Part shown: in pieces, positions 26,414 through 39,147 of the stretch
How positions within the stretch are numbered: position 1 is the stretch's first letter
Layout: every line of letters begins with the position of its first letter
Origin: Felis catus
Taxonomy: Eukaryota
Direction of reading: 5' to 3'
DNA length: 64,000 bases
Assembly: GCF_018350175.1 (NCBI RefSeq)
Contig: NC_058369.1
Location: 24,988,001 to 25,052,000 of the forward strand
Notes under the pieces: generated by a model
Databases searched by the model: none
Told to the model about the DNA's origin: nothing
Seen by the model: only the letters and a program-made list of their open reading frames with translations
Program-made: the position numbers and the translations under genes

Positions 26414-26562
26414 TGTTTTTTTCTTTAAAGTAACTTCTAATCGCACAAGAAACACATGAATACTTTCTCTTGTAAAAACCTAAAATATTAAAGATTAAAC
26501 TAAAGCTGTCCCAATGGCCGATGGAGCCAATACCAAATCCCACCCTCAGAGGGAATCATTTT

Positions 26563-26728
26563 TTTTTCAATATATGAAATTTATTGTCAAATTGGTTTCG
26601 ATACAACACCCAGTGCTCATCCCAAAAGGTGCCCTCCTCAATACCCATCACCCACCCTCCCCTCCCTCCCACCCCCCATCAACCTCAGTTTGTTCTCAGT
26701 TTTTAAGAGTTTCTTATGCTTTGGCTCA
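26563..26728 (-). mobile_element. Very short (~165 bp) young feline L1 3' end
   Basis: Same 3' end as the L1 at 16429; perfect 16-bp TSD cagagggaatcatttt (26547-26562 and 26729-26744). Confidence 0.92.
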
Positions 26729-26934
26729 CAGAGGGAATCATTTTAAGGAACTTAGTGTGTTACCCTTTCAGATTCCTTTCAATACATTTGTGTACCTTTG
26801 GAATAGCTGCTTTTTATTTGGTTTAGTGCACAAATGGCATCATATTCAAATTTCTGGAACTTGTTTTTAACAATCTAACACTGTATCTTAACAATCTTCC
26901 CATCTTAGGTTAACCTCACTTTTTCTTTTCTTTT

Positions 26935-27148
26935 CTTTTTTAAAAATGTTTTAATGTTTATTTATTTTTGAGAGACAGTGTGAGCCAGGGAGGGGCAGAG
27001 AGAGAAAGGGAGACACAGAATCTGAAACAGGCTCTAGGCTCTGAACTGTCAGCACAGAGCCCGACAACGGGGTTTGAACCCACAAACCATGAGATCATGA
27101 CCTGATCCAAAGTTGGACGCTTAACCAACTGCGCCACCCAGGTGCCCC
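26935..27148 (-). mobile_element. Can-SINE
   Basis: SINE body flanked by (CTTTT)n. Confidence 0.9.
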
Positions 27149-28372
27149 TCTTTTCTTTTTTCTTTTCTTTTCTTTTTTCTTTTTCTTTTCTGTTTTTTTA
27201 ATTGCTGTATCATATTCCATAGTATGGATATATTTTATACTTAAAAAGGTGAAAATATCATGCAATTCAACCTTCAACTTTTCAACAGTACTGTCTCTTA
27301 GAGAACAATGACACACAAGAAGAAACTCCCCCTGTAAGTTCTGTCCTTTCTGGCTTCTAGAAAACTGCCACTGATTTTAGTAAAAATAATACATGGGTCA
27401 CAATCTGAGTAAGGAATCGACCTCAGTTTCATAAATCCTGGTGCAATAACATGTTAACAGGCTATGGAGTCAGGCAGAATCCCAATTCAGAGCTGTGTGG
27501 TCTTGGACTTACTAAACAATGTTTCTGAATCTCAGACTCAAAATGGAGACACTAATATTTACCTTTCAAGGTCACTGTCAAGACTATGTAAGAAAAGGAA
27601 ATGAAGAGAGAGCAAGCAGAGAAATGGACACATGGTAAACACTTAGCATCTGATGATTATTTAAAGCTTCATGGCATAGCTCTGCTTAACAGTGCAGCAT
27701 GCAAATCGATTTCTATTGCATCAGACTGCCAGTCTATGTTAAAAAAATTATTAGTTCCCTTTGGAACATCTTGTTAGTATGGATACTGCACCCTGTGGAT
27801 TTATAGATAGGGAAATTGAGAGAGATACACTCAAGGTAGATCCATTGTGGTGCCATGATTTTCTAGGAGCTGTTGAGCTCCTTCTCTTATGATTTATCAT
27901 TAAATTAATAAACAGAATGCTTGAAATTGCTACCTGAAACCTTCTAGTCATATTGTCTGGAATCTTGTTTGCCCTTGTTAATTGCCTTCACATGACTATT
28001 ATGCAAATTATTTGAGCTAAACAAATTAAAATTTAAAACAACTGAAAGAAGCAGTCTTTCAGGCAAAGAAGGTAATATTTAATGAAATAAACCAAAACAA
28101 AAAAGAAATAGGAAAATAAAACCAATACAAATGCATGATGCCACTAGGATTCCAGCCAACAGATTATGAAATAGGTTTTGCCTCAACCTTGCAGCAGGGC
28201 TAAAATAATCAGCCTGAAGAGATTTGGGACTCTGGATCAATCTTCCAATGTTACAAGAAGTAACAGAGTGTGGTTTTCTGGCAACAGCAACGTTTCCTGG
28301 GAGCTCTACAGGCTCTGGTCTCTTCACTCTCTTACCTGCTCCGTCACCTCTCCCAAGTCACTGAATATCACA

Positions 28373-28913
28373 GATGGCAGACAGCCTCTTAGGGTGACCC
28401 CTGTGACTCCTGCCTTCTTGTGTTCATGCCCTTGTGTGATCCCCTAACTCTAAGTATAGGTTGGCCTCATAATATATGGCTTTTAGCCATATAAAATACA
28501 GCAAAATGACAGGATACAAATGATTGTGTATATGTGATTGCAATGGATTGTAACACCTATATTTCAAGGCAACTCTCTCCTTTGCTGGCATTGAAGAAGA
28601 GGTATGCTGGGAGGCCCATGTGGTAAGAGTTGAGGGCAGCCTTGGCCCAAGAGCCAACCCAAAGCCTTCAGTTCTGTAACCATGAGGAACTACATGCTGC
28701 CAACAACGATTAAGTTTAAAGCCGATCTTCCCTAGTCAAACCTCGGATGAGACCACAGCCCTGGCCAACACATTCATTCCAGCCTTATGAGATGTGGAAC
28801 TGGAGGACCCAGCTAAGCCATGCCGAATCCCTGACCCACAAATACCATGAGATAAACGTATGTTGTTTTAAGATGCTAAATTTTTGGTAATATTGTTATA
28901 GATAACTAATACA
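28373..28913 (+). mobile_element. MaLR solo LTR (MLT1E/F-like)
   Basis: MLT1 motifs, ends ...ataactaataca; 5-bp TSD tcaca (28368-28372 and 28914-28918). Confidence 0.8.
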
Positions 28914-31900
28914 TCACAATTGCTTTCATTTCTCCATCTGAACCAAGAGAAGAAATCATATAAAGCTTGGTCTCACCAGTAATGACAGAGAGTAAAAATC
29001 TACAGAAGTATTGGGTGACCAGGTCTACTTGATGATACTTGAATTGAAATGAGCCTCATTCCAAAAACTGGTGCTATATTTTATGGGGTTTTGGTTCATC
29101 AATTGTTCCTTTCTTGTTCACAGTGAAAGAAAACAACATACATTTTAACATATAATAGAACGCCAGGATTTCCTAACTTTCTAATTGATTTACCAGCTGG
29201 CAGGCCCTGAACTTCATGGATCTACTCTGTTTTTGACCTTCTGAAAAGACCACTCCAATCAGATCATCATCTTCTTCCAAAACCATCCCTGCCTGGAGAG
29301 TCAAACCCAAATTCCTTGGCAAGGTGCCAAGGCCAGGTTTGTTGAGTGATAAAGAAATGAGCAAAGGCATGTAGTAGAACACTCCTCATACTGCACTTGA
29401 TGTTGTGGTTGCTCAACAGCAAAGACTGTATGTAGCTCGCTCACTTTCATTTCCCCAGCGCCCAGTGCAATGCTGCCACACAGCAGCTCCCCTAAGCTGC
29501 TACTGTGATGCCAAAATACAAATGCAGCATCATGGTCCACTGTTGTAAGGATCGCTGTGGTACCTTAGTGACCTTGGTTCTGGCGACTTGCACTAGTGAC
29601 ACGGGATCCAGGCCTTCCAAGGTTCATAATCTGTCCACTATATAATAACCTTTGGCAGCTAACAATATAACACACAATCTGTTTAACAGTCTTAAAATTA
29701 CCGCTTGGGTCCATAATTCCTTCTTCATTCCAATCCAAGGGACTTTTATTTATACCTTTCATTTGATATGTTTTATCCTACTTCGTACCTCGGAGGAGCA
29801 TGAGGACACAATCACAACCGTACAGAAACAGAGAAATTAGAAAATGCAGCTGCAGGAAATAGGAACTGAATTAAAAGACTAGGTAATGGGCTTAGAGCTT
29901 GTGGGGACGTAGCAAGACTGAAAGTGGGTAGCCAGCTCAGCGATAGTTAACGTGAGTTAACAAGAGAGGGTAAACATGACTGGAGAACCTCCAGGCCTAG
30001 GTGTTGTTTATTCAAAAGGGACGCATGTGTAGAAATTGCTGTGAATGGGCTCAACGTCTGTGTATGCTGTTTGAATTGCTGTGTTTGCTGTGTTGAATGC
30101 TCGCCTGTATACCGGAAATTATATGGTGCTGTTTATAGCACGGCTGGCTTATGCACTAACTTCACAACCTTTTCCCCGTACAATCAACCTCCTCCAATCC
30201 ACTCTTTGATCAAATGCATCTTTGGTGAGCCCAGGGCCTTGTATCCCATCAAAGCACTAAGAAACTAACAATCATTCATAAGGACAGGTTACTATTCAAA
30301 GCACTTTGAAAGGCACTTGCACTGTAACAAGGAAAACACTAATAATTATTATAGAATTTATTTGCAAATTATTTTCAAATACACCATCTTATTTGATGCC
30401 CAGTGCCTAGCCCCTGGTAGGCGCTGAGTTGTATTTACTGAACAGATAAGTTAAAAAACAGAGGCTCAGAGAGGTTAAGTGACTTGCCTAAGGTCACATA
30501 GTGAATTAAAGGCAGAATGGGGAGGAGAACACAGGTTTTCGGATTCCATATTGCAAGCTTTCTCTATTCCCATCAAGTCATAAACCAGAGACCAAAAGAA
30601 TCACCAGAATTGCAATTTGGGGGAAAAGTGGTCTTCCCAACTCCCCAGAATTTATTCCACAAAAGCAGTTTCTTCTGCTCTGGAGCCAATTCAGCCCTAC
30701 TTAAATCAAAGCATATTCTAAGAATCAATCTTGCACACTCAAACCAGAATTCAGCCTCCTTTTGTACCTCCAAGCAGTTATTGGCCAACTGTGCTTCCGT
30801 GTAAGCTAATTTCGAGGTAGAAACAGTGAGCTTGGGGTTCAGAAGGAGCCTTTTGTCACCTCTTCCTTCAAAGGTTCTCTGTTTCCCCAGAATTGCTTGG
30901 AAATCATGAACTTCCAATTGTTAAAAAGTGGTGAAGCCTTTGAGAGCGTTTACTTTTCATTTTATAAGCAGTAGTTAGCTCCACTGACTCAGTGCAGAGT
31001 GTGGGAGTGGGTGGGAAACGGGGAGAATGGCTCAGCCACTGCCCCCTTGGAGTTTCTGAGGCACAGGAAATAATCACACACAGACAGTGACATCACAACC
31101 ACGATAAGTCCCATGAACTACAGAAAAGTTCTTTGTAGAGCAAAGCAAGCCTAAAGCGGAATAGGAAGTAGCTTTAAAGAGAAACTGCTAACATGACATT
31201 TATACTACTTTTGGGTTTTATTTATGGGTTAAATGATATGATGTCTGAGATTTGCCTTAAGATACCAAAGTAAATAAATCAAGTGTGTGTGGATAGGGGG
31301 ATAGGTAAAAGAAAAATGGTAAACTATAGATGACTGTTGGAGCTTGATAAACCAGGATCTGGGGGTTTCATGACATTTATCTCTCAAATTTTGTGTATGC
31401 TTGAGAATTTCTATAGTAAACAAAAATAAAATAGTTGGGGAGTTAGTTCTAAGTTGTGTAATTTGCTAGCTCTGTGACTTGGGGTAATTCATTTAACTCT
31501 TCAGAGCCTCAGTTTCTCCAAGTATACAATGGCTGTGATGCCCCTTCTCTTAGAGCGTTTTTGTAAGACTTAAGTGATAATAAAATGCATGTAAAGGACC
31601 TGGTAGTGTTTCTGAAAAAATGTAGGAGCTCAACAGAAGGTAGTGTATTATTGTTACGAAGTAATAAATGTTATTTGGGGGAGGGCAGAGAACACATCTG
31701 TACCTATACACAATCTCCATTTATCTCTCCCATTAGGACATCTTAATACGCTCAATGTGTATGTGGCTTTACTAAAAGGCTGAATGGCATACTAATTATT
31801 ATCAGCAGGTATCCAGTTCTTTATTTATCAAAACCAATAAAAGAGTCATATTTTTATCTTAATTGCAGTGAATCAAGCTTAATTCACCTCCCGCAGATGT

Positions 31901-32359
31901 GAGAGCCAGCCTTTTGTGACGCCATTTCATTCATGGGGGTTTACAAAATAGCACCTAAATATCCTGTGCCTACAGAGTCAGAAGGTTTTTTTTTTCTTTT
32001 TTTAACCAGGAACTTATATAATTCATCTTTGTAAGTCTGCATGGGAAGCTAGAACTCTGGTTTATTTAAAATAAAAATAGCACACACTCAAGGAGGTTTT
32101 TCCATACACACATACATACATACATACACGGTGGCTGCACGATAGGCTCTGGGTTCATCCTAGCAAGTTATTCATCATATGCAGTTACAGCCTTGATCAT
32201 GTTTCATCACCTCTTTTGGTCTGATTTTTTTTCATTTGTAAAATAGGAACAGTGATAGTAGCAACTTCCCAGGGTTGTTGAAAGGATTGAAGGAGAATAT
32301 AACATACATGTGAAGTCACACTGTAAAAGCTCAATAAATGCTAGCTGCTTTTATTTTCT

Positions 32360-32386
32360 TTATTTTTATGTTTATTTACTATTTTT

Positions 32387-32444
<58 letters not shown>

Positions 32445-32606
32445 ACGGGGGAGGAGCAGAGGGAGAGGGAGACACAGAATCCAAAGCAGGCTCCAGGCTC
32501 TGAGCTGTCAGCAAAGAGCCCGACATGGGGCTGGAATCCACAGACCGTGAGATCATGACCTGAGCCGAAGTCAGATGCTCAACTGACTGAGCCACCTAGG
32601 CACCCC
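32360..32606 (-). mobile_element. Can-SINE
   Basis: SINE body with (GA)n. Confidence 0.9.
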
Positions 32607-34071
32607 AAGCTTTTATTATTCATATACCGTGACCTCAACCAGAAAACTCTCATATTGATATCACTTCCCTCCCATGATGCCTGTAGCCTGTTGCCTTAAA
32701 GATGATGTTTTACCAACTCTAGTAACCCAAAATAGATGGTCCCTTCCCACTTCTGGGTGAAACAACAAGAAACTTAATTACCAGACAAAGAAAACACACT
32801 TTGTTTTCTATTTCTAGACACCAATCTTAAAGTAGCACAAAGAGTGGAAGAGTGTGTCTGAAAACACATTTCATCCAGGTTGGCTGTTTCTAGACCTCAG
32901 AGAACAATGCGTTCTAAAAATACCGTGCCTGCGTCTTCCCCCGTTTCCCCCTCAGAAGACTGCCTTAATTAACACTCCAGCCAGGACATGACAGCTGAAA
33001 GGGCCTTTTGGAAACCTGCCTTACAAAAGGTAGTCCCGTGCCTTAGATTTTACCCATTTTGGCTCAAGATCCAAAATAAAGTTGCTCTGTGCAATTTCCG
33101 AGTTTTAAGCAGTGCTTCCCATGCCACCCCCCCCCCCCATTAACAGCTGCCAGACACTTATCAACAATGTTTTTAAGCCCTATTTGTTTAATTGATGCTT
33201 TCCCACATCATCCATCATATGTAGGTACAAGGTACTGCAGTTCCTGGAATTTTTGAACATACAGGCATTCTGATGAAATATGGTGTACCAAAATTTCTTT
33301 GTAAACTTGGTTATTTGGAACTTGAAATGAGGTGTGGTTTCCCCCCACTCCCCAGGCATAGGAAACAAAGCCATCTGAGGTCTATTTAACTCATGGTATA
33401 GCCAAATAATTATTTAAAAACCTAATTGTCATATGTACATACTTGACAACTTATTTACTTGACAGCTATAGGCAGAGTGCTTACAATATACCTGCCTACA
33501 TGGTGCACTTGGGGAGAGGCCAATTAAACACACATTTTAGGCCCTCAGTGGCTCGAATTCTAGTTTCTGTTTCTGTTTATCAATCATTATATAATATACA
33601 TAGAGAGAGAGCTTACAGATGACAGACACTGTGCTAACCACCTTACAAATATTAACTCAATCCTTATGAGGAACATACTATTACTAGCCCTATATACAAA
33701 TGGGGAAACTAAGGCACAAGAGAGGAAGTGTAACTTGTTTTAAGGTCACACGTTACTAAGTGGTGGAGTGAAGACCAAAATCCAGGTGGTCTGGCTCCCA
33801 GATTCACCTATTTGCTTCCTCACCACATTGCCTTTCAGTGGAGGAAATGCCCTCAGATTCCACCTGAGAGCCCCAGCTGTGTGCTGGAGTGGGTGTTGTG
33901 TCCCCATGTCCCCAGTTCCTTTGTGCCTGCTGAGCACCCCTCTCCTCTTCCTTCCTCCAGCCATCTCTGCTCCGGGTACTGACACAAGGCTACCAAGTCC
34001 TTACTATGGCCTTCCCTGCTGCCCCTCTGTCTTCTTGCCTGTCTCCAGGCATGGTAGATTCCACTGGAAAA

Positions 34072-34192
34072 TCTCCTTCTTCTCCTTCCCCTTCCCCTTC
34101 CCCTTCCCTTCCCCTTCTCCTTCTCCCCTCCTCTCCCCTCTCCCCTCTCCCCTCTCCCCTCCCCTCCCGTCTCCTCTCCTCTTTTCTTCTCT
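34072..34192. repeat. 121-nt polypyrimidine tract (CCCCTT/CCCCTCT units)
   Basis: Only one purine (G34169) in the tract. Confidence 0.9.
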
Positions 34193-34293
34193 AAGCCTCT
34201 ATCATTCCTCACTTGGACTATTTTGAGAATCTCCTATAGGGTTTCCCTCAGTCATCCTCCAATATTCTCTTTTCTTAAAAAAACAAACAAATA

Positions 34294-34395
34294 GGGGCGC
34301 CTGGGTGGCTCAGTCGGTTAAGCATCCAACTTCGGCTCAGGTCATGATCTCACGGTTTGTAAGCTCGAGCCCCGCTTTGGGGTCTGCTCTCTCTT

Positions 34396-34450
<55 letters not shown>

Positions 34451-34545
34451 CCTCGTGGGATTTTCTCTCTCTCTCTCTCCCCGTCTCTGTCTGCCCCTCA
34501 GTCAGTTGCACTCTCTCTCTCTCAAAAATAAACAAGTAAACAAAC
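34294..34545 (+). mobile_element. Can-SINE with internal deletion and long (CT)n
   Basis: SINE head followed directly by expanded (CT)n and an A-rich tail. Confidence 0.88.
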
Positions 34546-35406
34546 AAACCAACCTGTGTTAAGTTTTTTTTTCTTTTAGTGTGTAAGTCACACATATTTC
34601 TGCAGAAAAGGTATAAGATACAGACAAGAAAAAAGAAGAAAATTTAAATGATCCAAAGCTTATTCCCAGAGATAAGCCTGTCATCAGATCATTTCAGATC
34701 TTGTCTCTCTTTATATGTTGTATAGATATCAACATAAGTCTGTCCATCATTTATCTGTGAAATCCATTTCTTAATAATGATTCATTATTGTTAGGCTAAT
34801 CGGGTCACATGTGGGGGGCACACGTAGGGGGCACACTTAGGGGGCACAAACCTTCACAGGTTCCACGTGGAGTCCAGGCTTGTCAACTTGGTCCCTTGCT
34901 CACTGTCACCTACCTTCACCCTGGGAGCATGCAGTTAGCCCTGAGGTCCTGGGAATCTCCCTACACCATCTGACTTATTCTGCTCCCACCTGACGTTGCC
35001 CAACTCTGGACCTCCTCCTTGTGCAGGGAAAGCCCACACAAAGCAGAGGTGTGGGTCATTGCAACAAAAATGCCCTAGTGTAGAAACCAGAAGCTTCCTC
35101 CTGAGCACCACCCAGATTGAGGGCCTCCAAGCACCCTACAGGCCCTGTGAGTTTTAATCCCGTTTCATTATTGATTGCTGTCTTCATATATGGAGTGCTG
35201 TGTCTCACAGGAGGGAGAGCCTGAGTAAGTATTCTCCTGGTTCTTTGCCTTGTAGTTTCTTTGGCTGAATCAGAGCCCGGAGATACTGGAGACCTGAAAG
35301 AAAGGGATCTTTGGGCCCACCACACTGACCACCAGTGACCTGACCTCGGGAGGCACAGCCTGGCAAGTCACCTGACCTCCTGCATGCCAACATCACCTTT
35401 GGAGGT

Positions 35407-35457
35407 CACACAGACACACACACACACACAGAGACACACAAACACACAGACAGGCAG

Positions 35458-35491
<34 letters not shown>
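35407..35491. repeat. Compound (CA)n microsatellite
   Basis: Interrupted CA dinucleotide runs. Confidence 0.9.
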
Positions 35492-35540
35492 GGCCTAAAT
35501 TGCCGTTTTCTCAAATGCAGCCCCAGAAAGCTACAGGACT

Positions 35541-35761
35541 GGGGCCCCCAGGTGACTCAGTCAGTTAAGCCTCCAACTCTTGATTTCAGCTCAGGTCATG
35601 ATCTCTTAGTTCATGGGATCGAGCCCCGCATCAGGCTCTGCGCTCATAGTACCTAGCCTGCTTGGGATTCTCTCTCTTACTTTCTGTCCCTCCCCTGCAC
35701 ACTCTTTCTCTCTCTCTCTCTCTCTCTCTCAAAATAAATAAATAAACATTAAAAAGGAAAA
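35541..35761 (+). mobile_element. Can-SINE
   Basis: TSD agaaagctacagg(a/g)ct. Confidence 0.9.
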
Positions 35762-36574
35762 AGAAAGCTACAGGGCTGGGCCCCGTTCTCCTTACTTCTG
35801 CAAATCAAAATCATGGCTAGTTCTCTTTTGTCTCATGAGATTAACGGAAAAAACCCTACAGAATTGTCACAAGCTGATTCACATGTTGTAAAAAACCCAC
35901 TTGTATAATATGCCATTCTTAATGGTCAACTGGAAGAAGAAAATGTGAAGTATGCAGCTGGTAATCTTTCCAGCTTCAGGCTGGGCTGGCCCATTTATCA
36001 AATGCCGACCTGACATGTCTCCTTTATCCTCTCCACCATTCCCTTGGTTCCCTGGAATTATTACTTCCCAGAGAGGAAGGCTGGCTGCTCACGGTTGTAC
36101 AGATCATGCATCGACTTTAAAAAACAGTGAAATCCCAGGCTCAGAATAGCCAGAGTGCTCCAGCGGAGAGTCTCTATTTGAAGTTGAAGGGATTTTGTGT
36201 TTAAGAAAACAAGATCTCCCAGAAATGGCAGATTTTTAAACACTGAATTTGACGCAAAGATGGAAATCTGTACACATGATGAGGCTTGTTTCTTAATTTT
36301 TTTTTCAGTGCTGCTCTTTTCTCTGGTAGCAGAGCACAGGTGCAGGGCAACAGAACAGACCACAGAGTACTATCAGAGGAAAATTCAGGGAAGCTGACAG
36401 GTCACATGTTTACCAACAAACAGGTCTGCTGATGGTGTGGAAAGAAGATCGTATCTTCCACCTTCAAAAATACAACCGAGTTACCTTGCGATTCAAGGTT
36501 TTTTTGCTACATTTTAATTTTAGACAGTTTTTTAAGAACTGAAATTAATGAATGCTTTAAAATTACAGAGCCAT

Positions 36575-36820
36575 GAGGTGCCTGGGTGGCTTAGTCAGTT
36601 GAGCATCTGACTCTTGATTTCAGCTCAGGTCATGATTCCAGGCTCATGAGATCAAGTCCCGTGTCAGGCTCTGCGCTAATGTGCAGCCTGCTTGGGATTC
36701 TTTCTCTTTCTCCCTCTGCCCCTCTCCCCTGCTCATGCATGCTCTCTCTCTCTCTAAAATTAAAATAAAATAAAATAAAATAAAATAAAATAAAATAAAA
36801 TAACATAAAATAAAAATAAT
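36575..36820 (+). mobile_element. Can-SINE with (TAAAA)n tail
   Basis: TSD taaaattacagagcc. Confidence 0.9.
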
Positions 36821-36869
36821 AAAATTACAGAGCCCCTTTCGTACACCACAGATCCTTATTTTTCCTTTC

Positions 36870-37900
36870 TTGGTTGAGTATTTGGGAAGCATATACTTTG
36901 TTCCAAGAGTTGTTCTAAGCCTTGCAGGCACTGACATAGCAAGTGAAAACACAGGCTCCTGTGGAAGACTCCAGAAGGGGCACCTGACTCTCTGGGTCAG
37001 GGAGGGCTTCTCAGTGGAAGTTACAAGAAAGCTGAGACCCAAAGTTCAATCAGGCAAGGGTGAGGATGAAGGAAAGAAGATTCTAGCAGAAGGACCAGCA
37101 GGTGGAAAGGACTATGGTCAGGGAAGTCCAGTTTATTTCTAGGGAGAAAAGAAATGGTAAACGACACAGGGGGCAGGCAGGACGGGGACTTAAAAGCCAC
37201 GTTGAGAAATAGGCTTTCTTCTTGGGCTTTTTCTAGAGGGAACAGTAAAAGGTAGCGAAAAAGGTCAAGTAGCATAGCAATGGCCCAACTTTTGTTTTAG
37301 GAAGGTCCCTCTGGCTTTCTGTAGGGAATAAATGTGACGGGGAAGAGGGAGGCAGCTTGATCTGATTGGCAACAGGAGTGCAGGCCAAAGAGGAAATGCC
37401 CTCAACAAAGGAAGAGGCATTGAGGCTAGAGAAAACCAGACAATTCCAGAGATGCTTAGAAGGCTGGCAATTTGAGACTCTGATAGATTCAGTGTGGGAA
37501 ATGAGGGGAAGCAACAAGGCCATGATACCACCCAGGTTTCTGGCTTCGGCAACTGAGAGCTACTATTTGGGGGGACACAAATACCTTGAGGAGTAGTGGT
37601 TTGGTGGTGGAGGAAAGGCAGGGGCTGCACCTTAAACATGTTAAGGGTTAATTCTGGGAGAGACATTCAGATGCAGCTGACCAGGAGGCCTCACGCAGGA
37701 CTCCTATGGAAATTTCCTGTGAAAGAATGAGTCCAAGGTGGGGTGGCCAAAAAAGGTGAGGGTGAAACAGGAGAGTGTGGGTCACAGAGGCCATGCAGAA
37801 GGGAAAGCTGGATCAGGAATGGTCAGTCACACCACACGGCAGAGGTCAGGATGGAAAACAAAGCCATTCGATGTGGCCATGGCAAGACTTGCTGGCCAAG
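36870..37900 (-). mobile_element. LINE-2 fragment
   Basis: Purine-rich L2 antisense motifs (gtcagggagggcttctcagtggaagt, cccaggtttctggctt). Confidence 0.7.
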
Positions 37901-38929
37901 GCAGTTGGGTCATTTATTCAACGCCAACATATGACGTCTGGCTGCCAGGTCAGATGAGGGCTAAGGGAGGAAGCAAGACTGGAGTGGATCTAGGGGCAAA
38001 TGGTGCTGAGGAGAGTAGAGAGGAGAGAGATGGCTGTGAGGGGCAGGACGGAGGGGTCCTGCAATCACCAAAGGGGTTTCACTGCAGTGAGAAAGACTCG
38101 AGGTTGCCAAGCAATATTACTATCATCATTTTTATGCAGAGGATAAAATGACTTTCCAAAGAAAGTGGAGGAACAGGAATCCAAACACATGTTTTCTGAC
38201 TCTTTTCAAAACATTTAATCTTGGTAGCAATACAGGGAATTGACGGATACAAAAACAAGTACTCTGGGTTGCCTGTGCCCCAAATGACTGCAGCACAGAA
38301 CTGGAGACTCCAAAGGGGGGAAAGCTGTAACATTGAACTGCAGCTCTCCCAAATCTGTGACACAGGTGGCACAGATGATGGATGACAGTTGCCAACAGTA
38401 AAGGCATTCCAAATACTTACCCTTAACCCTAAAACACAAGGAAATTGAACTTCTAAAGCCACACCTCCAAAAAGACAAGTGCCATTTTTCAACTGCACTA
38501 CTTGGCTTTCAAAGGGCTTCTTTTCTCGTTCTGGTTGGGTCATTTCACTCAGTTCAGAGTGAGGATTGAGGAGTCTGCAGACCAGTTGGGGCCAATGCTG
38601 AGGAGGGAGGTGTGGGGCTCGGGGGCTGAGCCAGAGTCCATGAGATGTCTCCTGGGGGTGTGTGGGAGGTGGAGCTGGATGATCCGAATTCACAACCAGC
38701 CTGTCCCAGGAAGTGGTGCCATTGAAAGACACCAAGCCACACAAAATACATAGAATTCAGGAAGAAAAAAAAAAAATAGAGATAATAAGCGAAAGAGGAA
38801 GAGAAAGAAAAAGAAAATGACCTATGCCTGATATCTGTCTGGAAGAACACCGACTCAACATTTTTAGAAATCTCAACCTCTTTCTTTAGCTCTTTCCCCT
38901 TCATATACCAACACGGGACTAAAGGATTC

Positions 38930-39147
38930 TTTTTTCCCCCCTTAGTTTATTTATTTATTTTTGAGAGAGAAAGAGACAGCACAAGCATGAGCGGGGAGGG
39001 TCAGAGATGGAGAGAGAGAATCCCAAGCAGGCTCCACACTGTCAGTGCAGAGCCCGATGCAGAACTCGAACTCATGAACTGTGAGATCATGACCTACATG
39101 GAAATCAAGAGTCAGACACTTAACAGACTGAGCCACCCAGGCGCCCC
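38930..39147 (-). mobile_element. Can-SINE
   Basis: TSD ctaaagg(a/t)ttctt. Confidence 0.9.

Noticed and set aside
29470..29510. Small hairpin agcagct-N6-agctgct as a possible pre-miRNA
   Set aside because: Stem too short, and no known mature miRNA recognised
31037..31055. CTCF-like motifs here and at about 14380, 37095 and 42550
   Set aside because: Each mismatches key core positions; not supportable without a PWM scan or ChIP data
38079..38744. Longest ORF in the track (221 aa, minus) as a standalone gene
   Set aside because: It starts at TTG, has no recognisable domain and runs through a strong splice donor; only its 38421-38543 part is kept, as a candidate exon
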